Below are positions 1 to 13,310 of a DNA stretch of 64,000 nt, piece by piece. Below the pieces are notes generated by a model. That model was given only the letters and a program-made list of their open reading frames with translations. It had not been told where the DNA came from and ran no database searches. Source of the DNA: Eledone cirrhosa (taxonomy: Eukaryota); NCBI GenBank assembly GCA_964016885.1, contig OZ024741.1, positions 369,582,001 through 369,646,000 of the forward strand. Reading direction: 5' to 3'. Position numbers and translations under genes: made by a program. How positions within the stretch are numbered: position 1 is the first letter of the stretch; each line of letters begins with the position of its first letter.

Positions 1-415
1 ACCACCACCACTACCACCCCACCACAACAACAATAATAACACCACCACCACCACTATACTCCCCACACCACCACTATACCCCCACCACCACAACAACAAC
101 AACAATAACACTACCACCACTATACTCCCCACACCACCACTATACCCCCACACCACCAACACTACTATACCCCCACCCACCCCATCACCTCTACCACCAC
201 CACCACCACCACCAACAACACCATTATACCCCCAATCACCTCAAACACCACTACACCCCCACCACCATCATCCCCAAGCACTAACTATACCACTACTATA
301 CCACCACTACCAACACCACTATACCATCACTATACCACCACCACTACCAACACCACTATACCACCACTAACACCCCCACCACTATACCACCACATCCCCA
401 TCCCACCCACCATTA
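1..415. repeat. (ACC/ACT/AAC)-rich low-complexity tract
   Basis: Degenerate accacc/actata/aacaac runs. Confidence 0.9.
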
Positions 416-554
416 CCGTCCTGCCCGTATCTTTCATAATTCCGCCAATAATTCACTGGCCAACGGTCAGCCTGGGACTTCATTATCGACCATTCCCTTC
501 ACCCCGCCCCACGCCACCGCTTCAACATGTCATCAATAAAGATGACCTCTTTGG

Positions 555-625
555 TGGGACTTGAACTCAGAAATAGCAGAACCCGAACAAATACCGACGC
601 TCTAACGATATTACCAATTCGACAC
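555..625 (-). mobile_element. tRNA-derived SINE 5' fragment
   Basis: gaactcagaa...gacgctctaacgat resembles the reverse complement of the SINE head at 15653. Confidence 0.5.
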
Positions 626-1770
626 CACCACTGTCTCCACCGCCGTCACCTCCGCCACCACCACCGCCGCCACCGCCGGTTCCACCGCCGTCACCTCCGC
701 CACCACCACCGCCGCCACCACTGTCTCCACCGCCGTCACCTCCGCCACCACCACCGCCGCCACCACTGTCTCCACCGCCGTCACCTCCGCCACCACCACC
801 GCCGCCACCACTGTCTCCACCGCCGTCACCTCCGCCACCACCACCGCCGCCACCGCCGGCACCTCCGCAGCCACCTCCACAACCACCGGTTCCACCGCCG
901 TCACCACCACCACCACCACCACCACCGTCTCCCAATCCACCACTACCGCTACCGTCACCACTGTCGACTCCAATTCCGCCGTGACCTCCGCCACGACCGC
1001 CACCGCCGTCACCACTGTCGTCTCCGCCGCCATCATCACCACCACTGTCGCCACCACCACCACCCCTGTCACCACCACTACCACCGTCTCCAGAACCGCC
1101 ACCACCTACCTCCGCCACCGCCACCACCGCTACCAACGACGACGTCGACGTCTCCGCCGCCGTCATCAACCTCCACCACCACCGACGATGACGTCGACGT
1201 CTCCGCCGCCGTTGTCTACTCTTGCCACCACCACCGCCACCGACGACGACGTCGACATCTCTGCCGCCACATCTACCTCCACCGCCACCGACGACGATGT
1301 GGACGTCTCCGCCACCATCATCTACCTCCACCACCACCGCTACCGACGACGAGGTCGACGTCTCCGCCGCCGTCATCTACTTCTTCTAACACCGACTACG
1401 ACGTCGACGTCTCCGCCGTCGTCATCTACCTTTTCTACCACCAACTACGACGTCGACGTCTCCGCCGCCGTCATCTACCTCCACGTCCATTGCCACCGAC
1501 GACGACATCGACGTCTCCGCCGCCGTCATCTACCTCCACGTTCACTACCACCGGCGACGACGTCGACGTCTCCGCCACCGTCATCTAACTCCACCGCCAC
1601 CGAAGAAAACGTCGACGTCTCCGCTACCGTCATCTACCGCCACCGCCACCACCACCGACGACGACGTCGACGTCTCCGCCGCCGTCATCTACCACCACCG
1701 CCACCGACGTTCGACGTCGACGTCTCCGCCACCGCCACCGCCACCGACGACGTCGTTGACGTCTCTGCCA
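622..1770. repeat. C-rich minisatellites: ~45-bp unit, then ~50-bp CpG-rich unit with palindromic GACGTCGACGTC
   Basis: Repeated accactgtctccaccgccgtcacctccgcc, then gacgacgtcgacgtctccgccgccgtcatctacc. Confidence 0.9.
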
Positions 1771-2034
1771 ATCCAGCGTTAAAACATTCCCCGAATAGAT
1801 TAACGACAAATGCCATCAATTTAAATAATATTGGTGTGGTGGTTTTCAAAATAATTGGGCAGCTTTAATTAAATTTTCAGTAGCCACCATGTAGTTTGCA
1901 GTTGTCTTGCTGTTTCTTCTACAACTACAACGGTACGTGATGGGGCGAGAAACACATCAAGGGTCATTAGCAGGTTTAGCTTTTTTAACAAACACGATAA
2001 CAATAATAAAACAAACAATTACTTTTTTAAAAAA

Positions 2035-2322
2035 AGCTGAAGAAGGGAGATGAGGAGGAGGACAAGAAACAGAAGAAAAAGAAGAAAAAGAAGAATGAGA
2101 AGAACAAGAAGAGAAGGAAGAGGAGGAGGAGAATAATAAGGAAAATAAGTAGAAGGAGGAGGAGGAGAAGAAGAAAAAGAAGAAGAAGGGAGAGGAGGAG
2201 GAGGAGGACAAGAAAAGAAGAAAAAGAAGAGGGAGAAGAACAAGAAGAGAAGGAAGATGAGGAGGAGAAAATAAGAAAAATAAGAAGCAGAAGAAGAAGA
2301 AGAAGAGATTATTGAGGAGAGA
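2035..2322. repeat. (GAA/GAG) purine tract
   Basis: Directly visible. Confidence 0.9.
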
Positions 2323-2399
2323 AAAGTGATTAGCTAATAGCTGGGTAGGGCTTCTGATGTTAGAGATGGATGTAATAGTAACACTGCATGGCTTCGTGG

Positions 2400-5300
2400 T
2401 TGTATAGTTGTATAGTTATGTGGTGGTGGTGTGGTGGTGGTGTGGTGGTTGTGTGGTGGTGGTGTGGTGGTTGTGTGGTGGTGGTGGTGGTGGTGGTGTG
2501 GTGGTTGTGTGGTGGTGTGGTGGTGGTGGTGGTGGTGGTGGTGTGGTGGTTGTGTGGTTGTATGGTTGTGGTGTGGTGGTGGTGTGGTGGTTGTGTGGTG
2601 GTGGTGGTGCTGGTGTGGTGGTGTGTTGCTCTACTGGTCGTGTGGTGGTGTGGTGGTGGTAGTGGTGGTGTGGTGGTGTAGTGGTGGTGGTGGTGGCGTG
2701 GTGATTGTGTGGTTGTGTGGTGGTGGTGGTGTGGTTGTGTGGTGGTAGTGGTGGTGGTGTGGTTGTGTGGCGGTGATGTGGTGGTAGTGGTGGTGGTGTG
2801 GTGGTGGTGTGGTGGTGGTGGTGGTGGTGTGGTTGTGTGTTGGTGGTGTGGTTGTGTGGTGGTGGTGTGTTGCTCTACTGGTCGTGTGGTGGTATGGTTG
2901 TGTGCAGTGGTGAAGTGGAGTGGCGGTGGTGTGGTGGTGGTGGTGGTGGTGGTGTGGTTGTGTGGTTGTGTGGTGGTGGTGGTGGTGGTGTGGTTGTGTG
3001 GTTGTGTGGTTGTGTGGTGGTGGTGGTGGTGGTGTGGTGGTTGTGTGGTTTTGTGGTGGTGGTGGTGGTTGTGTGGTGGTTGTGTGGTGGTGTGGTGGTG
3101 GTGGTGGTGGTGGTATGATGGTTGTGTGGTTGTGTGGTGGTGGTGGTGGTGTGGTGGTTGTGTGGTGGTATGGTGGTGGTGGTGGTGGTGTGGTGGTTGT
3201 GTGGTTGTGGTGGTGTGGTGGTTGTGTGGTTGTGTGGTGGTGATGGTTGTGTGTTGCTCTACTGGTCGTGTGGTGGTGGTGGTGGTGTGGTTGTGTGGCG
3301 GTGATGTGGTGGTAGTGGTGGTGGTGGTGGTGGTGGTGGTGGTGGTGGTGGTGTGGTTGTGTGGTGGTGGTATGTTGCTCTACTGGTCGTGTGGTGGTAT
3401 GGTTGTGTGCAGTGGTGAAGTGGAGTGGCGGCGGTGTGGTGGTGGTGGTGGTGGTGGTGGTGGTGGTGGTGTGGTTGTGTGGTTGTGTGGTGGTGGTAGT
3501 GTGCTGGTTGTGTGGTGGTGTGGTCAGGGTGGTGGTGGTGGTATGGTGGTTGTGTGGTGGTGTTGGTGTGGTGGTTGTGTGGTGGTGTGGTGGTGGTGGT
3601 GGTGGTGTAGTGGTTGTGTGGTTGTGGTGGTGTGGTAGTTGTGTCGTTGTGTGGTGGTGGTGTTGTGGTTGTGTGGTTGTGTAGTGGTGGTGGTGGTGTG
3701 TTGTTCTACTGGTCGTGTGGTGGTGTGGTTGTGTGCAGTGGTGGTGGTGGTGGTGGTGTGGTGGTGTGGTGGTGGTGATGGTGTGGTGGTGTATTGCTCT
3801 ACTGGTCGTGTGGTGGTGTGGTAGTGGTGGTAGTGGTGGTGTGGTGGTGTGGTGGTGGTGGCGTGGTGATTGTGTGGTTGTATGGTGGTGGTGGTGTGGT
3901 TGTGTGGTGGTGGTGGTGGTGGTGTGGTTGTATGGCGGTAATGTGGTGGTAGTGGTGGTGGTGTGGTGGTGGTGTGGTGGTGTGTGTTGGTGGTGGTGGT
4001 GGTGGTTGTGAAGTGGATTGGCGCTTGTGTGGTGGCGGTGGTGTGGTGGTGGTGTGTGGTGGTGTGTGGTGTTGTGGTGGTGTGTGGTGTGGTGGTGGTG
4101 TGGTGGTATGGTTGTGTGCAGTGGTGAAATGGAATGGCGCTGGTATGATGGTGGTGGTGGTGGTATGATGGTGGTGGTGGTGTGGTGGTACGGTTGTGTG
4201 CAGTAGTCAAGTGGTGTGGTGGTGGTGTGGTGGTATGGCGGTATGGTTATGTGAATGTGTGGTGGTGTGGTGATTGTGGTCGTGGTAAAGTGATGGTGGA
4301 GTGGTGGTGGTGGTAGTGATGTGGAGGTGGTGTGGTGGATGTGTGGTGGTGTGGTGGTGGTGTAGTGGTGTAGTGGTGTAGTTGTGTAGTGGTGTGGTGA
4401 TGGTGGTGGTGAGGTGGAGTGGTAGTGGTGTGGGGTTATGGTGGTATGGTTATGTGGAGATGTGGTGTAGTGTAGTTGGTGTTGTGTAGTGTAGTGAAGT
4501 GTAGTGTAGTGTATTGCAATGTAGTGTTGTAGTTTAATGTAGTGTAGGGTAGTGAAGTGTGGTGTAGTGTATTGTAGTGAAGTGTAGTGTAGTGTAGAGT
4601 AATGTAGTGTTTGGTGGTGTAGCGTAGTGTAGTGAGGTGTAGTGTAGTGTAGTGTAGTGTTGTGTGGTGTAGTGCAGGGTAGTTTGGTGTTGTGTGGTGT
4701 GGTGTAATGTAGTGTAGTGTAGTCAAGTGTACTGTAATGTAGTGTAGTGTAGAAAAGTGTGGTGTAGTGTAGTGTGGTGTAGAGTAGCGTAGTGTGGTGT
4801 AGTGTAGTGTGGTGTAGTGTAGCGTAATGTAGTGCAGTGCAGTGTAGTGTAGTGAAGTGTAGTGTAATGAAGTGTAATGTAGTGTAGCGTACTGTAGTGT
4901 AGTGTGGTATAGTGTAGTGTAGTTTAGTGTAGTGTAGTGTAGTGAAGTGTAGTGCTGTGTAGTGTAGTGTAATGTGGTGTAGCGCAGGGGAGTGTAGTTT
5001 AGTGTAATGTAGTGAAGTGTAGTGTAGTGCGGTGAAGTGTAGTGTAGTGTAGTGTGGCGTTATGTGGTTTAGTGTAGTGTATTCTAGTGAAGTGTAGTGT
5101 AGTGTAGTATAGTGTAGTGTGGTGTAGTGTAGTGTTGTGTAGTGTAGTGTAGTATAGTGAAGTGTAATCTAGTGAAGTGTAGTGCAGGATACTGTAGTGC
5201 AAGTAGTGTGGTGTAGTGTAGTGTAGTGTAGTGTAGTGAAGTGTAGTGTAGTATAGTGTAGTGAAGTGTAGTGTAGTGTAGAGTGGTGTAGTGACGTGTA

Positions 5301-5572
5301 CTGTAGTGTAGTGTGGTGTAGTGTAGAGAAGTGTACTGTACTATAGTGTAGTGTGGTGTAGTGCAGGGTAGGGTAGTGAAGTGTAGTGAAGTATAGTGTA
5401 GTGTAGTGAAGTGTAGTGTAGCGAAGTGTAGTGTAGGATAGTCTGATGAAGTATGGTGTAGAGTAATCTAGTGTAATGTAATGTAGTGCAATGTAGAGTG
5501 GTGTAATGCAGTGTGGTGTGGTGTAGTGTAGTGAAGTAAATTGTAGTGTAGTGCAGTGTAGTTTGGTGAAGT
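2400..5572. repeat. (GGT/GTG)-rich tract grading into (GTGTA)n at ~4450
   Basis: Directly visible; recurring ttgctctactggtcgtgtgg subunit shows higher-order duplication. Confidence 0.95.
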
Positions 5573-5751
5573 ATATATATATATATATGTGTGTGCGTAT
5601 GTATATTTATATATAGGTGGGTTCCCGTTAGTAGTGTATAGGCATATATTGTATTGATTATAGAACTGACTTCTACAAGACTAGAACTGTTTTATTCGTA
5701 AGAAATCTACGAATGAAACAGTTCTAGTCCCGTCGAAGTCATTTCTATCAT

Positions 5752-5819
<68 letters not shown>

Positions 5820-5825
<6 letters not shown>

Positions 5826-5906
5826 GAAAAATTGAACAGGGACAGAACAGAGAGGCAGTACGATAAATGTTTATTAAATTCACGCTCAGGAGAGTGGGGG
5901 GGGGGG

Positions 5907-5908
<2 letters not shown>
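5820..5908 (-). mobile_element. 3'-terminal fragment of the C-rich PLE family (cf. 53630-53720) within (TA)n
   Basis: Close reverse complement of cactctcctgagcgtgaa...gtactgcctctctg...ctgttcaa at 53640-53720; shorter copies at 6148-6190 and 15398-15450. Confidence 0.75.
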
Positions 5909-5937
<29 letters not shown>

Positions 5938-5939
<2 letters not shown>

Positions 5940-6115
5940 CAAAGGAATTGTGGTAAGGAACCAGATGGACCATAACTCAATACTTAGGGTAGTGTAGAGT
6001 GGGAGATAAGAAAAAGTATGACCCGACGGCAGAGCTCAAGCCGTTTCTACGGCTATTTCTGGACAGAAATAGCCGTCGAAACGGTTTGAGTTCTGCCGTC
6101 GGGGTCATACTTTTT

Positions 6116-6118
<3 letters not shown>
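5938..6118. mobile_element. Short (TA)n-flanked element ending in a ~50-bp-arm hairpin; related copies at 37022-37132 and 43131-43205
   Basis: Shared tgtggtaaggaaccag...ggaccataac...caatactta core; IR aaaagtatgaccc...tatttctg / cagaaata...gggtcatactttt. Confidence 0.7.
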
Positions 6119-6152
<34 letters not shown>

Positions 6153-6569
6153 CAGGAACAAAAAACAGAGAGGCAGTACAAATGGTAGTTTATATATATA
6201 TGTATGTATATATACATACGTACATATATGCATACATACATACGTACATATATACATACATACATTCATACATACATACATTCATCTATATACATGCATA
6301 TACATATACATACATATACATGATATATAAAAACGTTAAACACACACACAGTCTAATTCTTGCGAATTTATATATATATGCACTTACATATATATATATA
6401 TATGGCTTAGAGATAGAAACAGATTTACTTCTCCATCTACAAGTAAAGAAGGAATGGTGTTGAAACAACAACAACAACAACAACGCAGACACATCACAGT
6501 CTATGTAAGTAATGTGACATCAGATGAGGTGTATAGGGGTGAGGAAAGGGATAACAAACTGCACAACAT

Positions 6570-7530
6570 CAACAACTGCAACAACTATCAGTGCAATAAC
6601 AACAATGACAACAACAGCCATAACTACAACAATAACGAACAGCAAAACAACAAAAAGAACCATCACCACCACCACCACCACCACCTCCGCCACAACAGCA
6701 ACAACAAAGAGAACCACACCACCGCCACCACTACCACCACTACCACCACCACCACCACCACCACCACCACCACCACCACCACCACCACCACCACCACCAC
6801 CACCGACACCACTACCACCACCACCACCACCACCACCAACCCGCCACAACAACAACAACAAAGAGAACCACCACCACCACCACTACTACCACCACTACCA
6901 CCACTATCACCACCACCACTACCCCACCACCACCACCACCACTACCACCACCATCACCACCACCACCACCACCCCACCACAACAACAAAGAGAACCACCA
7001 CCACCACTGCCACCACCACCACCACCACCACCACCACCACCCCGCCACAACAGCAACAACAACAACAACGAGAGCCACCACCACCACGACCACCGCTCCA
7101 CCACAACAGCAACTGCAACAACAACAACAAAGAGAACCACCCCCGTCACAACAACAACTGCAAACAACAAAGAGAACCACCACCACCACCACCACCACCA
7201 TCGCCACCACCACCACCACCACCACCACCACCACTACTACCACCACCACCACCACCACCACCACCCCGCCACAACAGCAACAACAACAACGAGAGCCACC
7301 ACCACCACCACCACCATTCCACCACAACAACAACTGCAACAACAAAACAAAGAGAACCACCCCCGCCACAACAACAACTGCAAACAACAAAGACAACCAC
7401 CACCACCACCACCACCATCGCCACCACCACCACCACCACCACCACCACCACCACCACCACCATCACCACTACCACCACCACCACCACCACCACCACCCCG
7501 CCACAACAACAACTGCAACGACAATAAACA
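6570..7530. repeat. (ACC/AAC) low-complexity tract
   Basis: Directly visible. Confidence 0.9.
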
Positions 7531-7829
7531 ACAGTTACAAATGATTTAAAGCTATTCTAGAACAACAAAACAAAACCCAAGGAAAAAAGGGAAGAATATG
7601 AGAAATACGATGTGAATGAGTGTTAATGTGTGTGTGTGAGTGTGAGTGTGTGTGAGAGAGAGAAAACGAGATAGATGGAGATACAGATAAATAGAGAGAT
7701 ATAGAGACAAATAGATAAACATAGATATATATATATATATATACGTGTGTGTGTGTGTGTATCTCGCTCTCTCTCTCTCTATATCTATCTATCTATCTAT
7801 CTATCTACCTATATATATATATATGTGTG

Positions 7830-7860
<31 letters not shown>

Positions 7861-7865
7861 GTATG

Positions 7866-8043
<178 letters not shown>

Positions 8044-8491
8044 AAGATAGTTCCATGCTTGTGTGTGGTAGTGGTATTTCCAGGCTGGAGAACGTTGTCT
8101 AAGGAGCGGCTATTCCCTACAACAGAGCAAGGCTCAAAACAAAGTATACAGATTTATAGAAGAAGGAAGAGGAGAAAAGTGAAGAAAAAGAAAGACGGCT
8201 TCACAAAAGAGTGCTATGTGTAAAGGGAGATAACCTAGATTAAATGTGACATTTTAATCAGAAAAATGTGCGGATTTGGCAACGGAAAAAGAAAAAAAAG
8301 GCGGGGGTGGCATGTGCGTAGGGGAGAGGGAGTGTAAGAGCAAAAAGTAGAAAAACAACAACAATAACAACCATGAAAAACTATAAAGAGATCAATCAAC
8401 TGCGAACAAGAAAATTGAAACAGCACTATAACAGCAACAACAATAATAATAACAATAACAACAGTACGGACAATGTAGCAACAACAGTGAC

Positions 8492-8558
<67 letters not shown>

Positions 8559-9080
8559 CAAAAAAACAACAACAATAGTATAACAGCAAGAAGAAGGGGA
8601 GGGAGAAGAATAAGATAGATGGCTAGATAGAAGAAGAAGAAGAAGAAGAAGAAGAAGAAGAAGAAGAAGAAGAAGAAGAAGAAGAAGAAGAAGAAGAAGA
8701 AGAAGAAGAAGAAGAAGAAGAACAACAACAACAACAACAACAACAATAGCAAGAACAATAACAAGGAAAAAACCGTCGAAACTAAATGGATAGACAATAT
8801 CGTTTAACGAAAACGATTGAAGCAGTTTAAGCCGCTGAAGATGGTTTTGGTGGTGGGTGTGGGCATGATGGTGTGTGGTGCACGGAGGTATGGTGGGTGG
8901 GTAAGATGGTGTTGTGACGTATGACGGTGTGATGGCGCATGATGGTGTGGTAGGCGTGCTGCGGACAGGAGAGGTTATTTAGGTAACAAGGTCTGGGAAT
9001 AAATAAGGCCACTGGAGAAACCTAAAAAGAGAAGGATTAGAGGTTAGCAGTATTGCTATTTTATTTATCTGCTTATTTTG

Positions 9081-9400
9081 TTATGTTTGTAATCGTTTTA
9101 TACGTATAACACTTTTACACAATCCTCTATTAGTGTTGTTCTCTATGGAATGCGTTTTATGCTTGAAGCTCCTGTCTTTAAATGCATCTCTGTAATAAGG
9201 AACAAAACAAAAAAAAAAAGATTCCTCGTCACATAGTTTGCAGGGTATTACTAACATTGCTGAGAAAGTGTTTAGGATCGTCAGACAATGTTTGAGATCG
9301 ATATCAATGTACTGCAATTTATTCTTCGGGCAGCATTTACTAGTACCTAAATCTAGAGTAATATCTAACAAATCGACTTTACGTAGATGCCCCTGGTTCT
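9081..9400 (-). pseudogene. Decayed PLE reverse transcriptase thumb fragment (Naiad-like)
   Basis: KVDLLDITLDL...PYYRDAFKDRSF resembles the PLE VDFLDVTL...PYYQxAL segment. Confidence 0.55.
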
Positions 9401-9844
9401 ACAATACAAGGCTTTTTATTTTAATGTATTTATATTTATCTAAAAACTTTACATTACAATATTATGTAAGAATCTTTGTTTAGTTATTTTCTAAATACCA
9501 GCTTAATTATTACGTTAGTTATATTACTAAATATATTCAAATTCTTGATTATTTTAAAAATAATTTGAAAATCACAGGCATCGTTTTTTATTAGAAAAAT
9601 TGTAGCTCTTTAGATATATTGATATTTCCTTTGTAACAGCATATGATGTGGAGTCATTCATTCGTCGCGAAACGCATAATTCGCCATCAAAGTAAAGACA
9701 GAACTCTGAGCAGCAGAATCTCTTCCGAACGAAGTCTAAAAACATTATACAAATTTGTTAATTCACAAACCAAAGGCCACCAGACAATACCTGGTCACTA
9801 CGTTCAACACAAAAATAATTATTGTAAAATAACAAAGATGTATC

Positions 9845-10070
9845 ATAATAATCCTTTCTTATATAGGCACAAGCCATGCAATTTTAGGGGAGGGGTACGT
9901 CGATTATATCGGTGCCAGCATTTCACAGGTACTTAATTTTATCGACTCCGAAAGGATAAAAAGCAAAGCCAGCCTCGGTGAGATTTTGAAATCAGACCGT
10001 AAAGAGCCGAAGCAAATATCGCAAGGTATTTTGTCCGAAGCTCTAACGATGCTATCAATCCATCGCCCTA
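9845..10070 (-). mobile_element. tRNA-derived SINE
   Basis: Reverse-complement similarity to 15653-15865 (ggtacttaattttatcgactccgaaaggat). Confidence 0.8.
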
Positions 10071-10192
10071 AGCTATATCATCTATAAAGTTGAAATTAGA
10101 ATTACTAATTGACATAAAACTTCTGCCGAATTCTAAGCCTTTTTGGAGCAGGGATTCAATAGTCTTTCATTGAATTTATACATCAACTAGAT

Positions 10193-12660
10193 CAAAGGTT
10201 CTCAACCCATTTCGGCCAAACGCCCCCTTTTGCCCCTCGAAATCACGAAACGCCCCTACCCTTTTTGTCCATTTTTCAATATACTACTGATTTTGATATC
10301 AGTAGATTACTAAAAAATTGATTAACGATATTCCAAAGATACCATTGCAGGCTGTTGAAAGTATAAATACATTCCTTGAAAGGAAGTATATAAATTTAAA
10401 AAAAAAAGGAACATAAATGTTCTTTTTTATGAATAAGGACCAGTTGAATTTGTTATATTCCCACCAGACGATACCAGCTATTTTGAACATTTATACAAGA
10501 GCAACTCTGTCTATCCAAAGAGTGCTCTTATCTGGAAGAAAGTGGCAATTGTATTATTTCAAAGCTTTCCAATTTTCCCTTTAATGAAACGGACAGAATA
10601 AATGTTGATATCTAACTTGATGTCCCCTCTGCTTTGTGAGTTTAGAGACCACGCAAGAGGGTTTTCATGACCACGTAAGAGGGTATATTCATTAGTAAAC
10701 GTAAAATATATACAACAAATGAGTAAGTGAATTGTGGTAGATGGTTTCCAGTCCAGTCAGACTGCAACTACAAATAAAAAAATCGTCTTACTTTGACCTC
10801 GTATCAATGGGACCCTTGAGCTTCATGGAGTTTAGCTAACTCTTTGACGTTAGGCTGGATTTTCGTGAGCTGTAGCCGGAGATCTCCACGTGCAATCACA
10901 TTGTAGCGGTTGCGAGCCTTACTATGCAGTCTGGAAACAACGCCAAACCCCCTCTCGACTAAGTATGAGCTAGGAAAAGACAAAGCAAATCTCTTAGCCT
11001 CTGCATGTAGGAGTGGAAATCGACGCTGAATTTCCTCTTGCATCCAAAAAAGGGGTTCACCTATTTTGGAAAATTTTATTTTGATAATGTCATCTGTCTG
11101 AAGTTCAATTAATTCTTCCTGAAATTTAACGTCGAAATCGTCGACGTTAGCCATGAAGGGATGTGCTATCCACATTGGGATGTCCATCTGCAAAAGGTCG
11201 ACAAACCGTTCTCTCATGTTGTCTTGTAGTGCACGGAGGTGTGCGGTATAAATTTGGATTTGGTTATCGCTCACAACATTGGCGACACTAGGAAAATTAT
11301 AGAATTCCCGTCGACAAAGATTCCTTTCGATGACTTTCAATTTGGCCAGGAATATTTTCACAGCATTCCTTGCTTTAAACAAGGTGATCTTCTCCCCCTG
11401 CAAAGCCATAATGAGGCTATTGCATTTGTAGAAAATGTCGGCGAGGTAGGCGCAGTCTTGCCTCACATCGAGGTTTTTTTTTATACAGTTCTGTGTTGCG
11501 TCCTCGAAGAAACTCAATGATAGTGTCGAACAGTTCAAAGAAGCGAGTAAGACACTTGCCCATTGAAAGCCACCTCACTTCAGTATGAAGGAGCAACTCG
11601 ACGAATTCTTCGTCATTATCTTCGCACAGTTGACGGAAAATTCGTTCATTGAGGGCATGGCATTTGATATAATTGATGACATCAATGGCTACCTGCAAAG
11701 ACTTGCTCAGCGGCTCGCTGAGTTTCTTCGCAGCCAAGTGTTGTCAATGAATGACACAATGAACAGCAAATACAGATGGATTTTCCCTCTTCAGAAGAGA
11801 GACGAAACTCTTATGTTGGCCGACCATTGCTCTTGCGCCGTCCGTAGCACATGATACAATATTTTTAAGAGGTATCTCCTTTTCTTCGAGGTATTCCTTG
11901 ACAGATTCAAAGATGGTGGCACCTTTAGTATCTGTGGCTAGATTCAGAGTGAAGAGAAGCTCCTCGTGCATTTCGTTTTGGTAGAAAAATCGCACGTATC
12001 CCAGTAGTAAGGACTGATTCCCGGAAAGTGTGCTTTCATCAAGTTGTAAAGCAAATTGTGTCAATTTCAAGATGTTGCATAATTTTTGTTCAACATTTTC
12101 CGGCATTTCGTCGATGCGTCTCCTTATTGAGTCGTTACTCAACGGAATACATTTCAAGGTCTTTAACTGGTTCTGACTCAGTACTGTTGAAAGAACTTCT
12201 GAGATGAGAGGGGCTACCAATGTTTCACCCAAGGAATGGGGCTTGCCACACTTTGCAATTATGTTGGCAATATTGTAAGATGCGACAAGTCCATCAACAT
12301 TTGAAGCTTAAACTTTTGAAAAGTCAGAAGAAATTAGTGTTGTTTTCTGGAATTGGTCCCTAAGAGACTGAAAGTATGCTAAATCTTGATATCTCTTATA
12401 GGGGTGCCTCCAGGTGTCTACTCAAAGGCGATGGCTTCATCGCCTCATTCAGAAAGGACTCCTTGCAAATTAAACACATGGGTGACAGGTGGTTCGACGG
12501 CGATGGGATGAATCCGAACCGTAAGTAATCAACGCTGTACTGCCTGCATTTTTTCTTCATTGCTGAGGCCATTTTCTGTTTAGCGAATGTGTTTGGTAAA
12601 GTTACGCAAAGATTTGCCTATATAAGCCTATAAAATTATGTATAAGGAACTTACTATAAT
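10193..12660 (-). mobile_element. hAT Buster/Charlie-type DNA transposon (one end plus transposase region)
   Basis: TIR-like CAAAGGTTCTCAACC at 10193 preceded by AACTAGAT (Charlie-type 8-bp site); AACGCCCC subterminal motifs. Confidence 0.8.
10804..12572 (-). pseudogene. Buster/Charlie (ZBED5/SCAND3-like) hAT transposase, frameshifted
   Basis: MASAMKKKCRQYSVDYLRFGF start; FALQLDEST, ATDGARAM, HCVIH, HTEVRWLS, FPSSYLVERGF, AQGSH* spread across broken frames. Confidence 0.92.
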
Positions 12661-13310
12661 GAGTCCTGTTCCAGTATGATAAAGTTTCAAGTAATGTTCT
12701 GGAATAACGCTTTGTAATAAACAAAACTGCAATGAAAAACACAAATACTGTCATTAATTAACCAAGTCGAGACAAGTTATATATGAAGATTAACCAGTCT
12801 TTCATGTAGGAATAGTAATAACTTAGCTTGAGGGAATTAAGGTAACAGACTCAATAAAAGATCGATGAGGCAATAAGTTCAATAGAACTTAATGCAAGAA
12901 TGACTAGTAATGTGCTATTTTGAAATGGAATTCATCAATTAAGCACGTAGTGATAAGACGCGATAATACTAAGTTAAGACATTACTTATTAGTCAGAGTT
13001 ACTCAAATTATCGCCCTTACCTTAATGCATCACTGTGATATTCTTGTAATGGTGCTGCAATTATAATGGATGACTGTTGAAGACTACAAAAGCACTTCCT
13101 TAAACCCAAGGCTATAACAAGACTTGATCGTAGTATAAACAGTCAGTTTATATAGGAATAGCAACAACCTAGTTATAGAATAAATGATGTGGAAATGCAA
13201 TGAAGATAAGATGGGGTCAAGCAAACCGAATGTTAGTAAGAATGAGCTGAAGTATCGAGGTCAAGCCGATCACGGTGATGAACGGGTCAGTGAATAATGT
13301 TGCTCTTTTC

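Noticed and set aside
415-555. Unique island with a minus-strand frame containing an in-frame TGA (possible selenoprotein exon) and a plus-strand AATAAA
   Set aside because: No recognisable selenoprotein motif or clear acceptor; cannot be supported
527-7549. Long His/Pro/Thr/Gly/Val-rich ORFs
   Set aside because: Stop-free in several frames on both strands because of trinucleotide repeats; no domain or splice support
9660-9800. Possible host exon
   Set aside because: Plus-strand KTLYKFVNSQTK looks more like a decayed CR1/L2 LINE fragment; too weak to call either way
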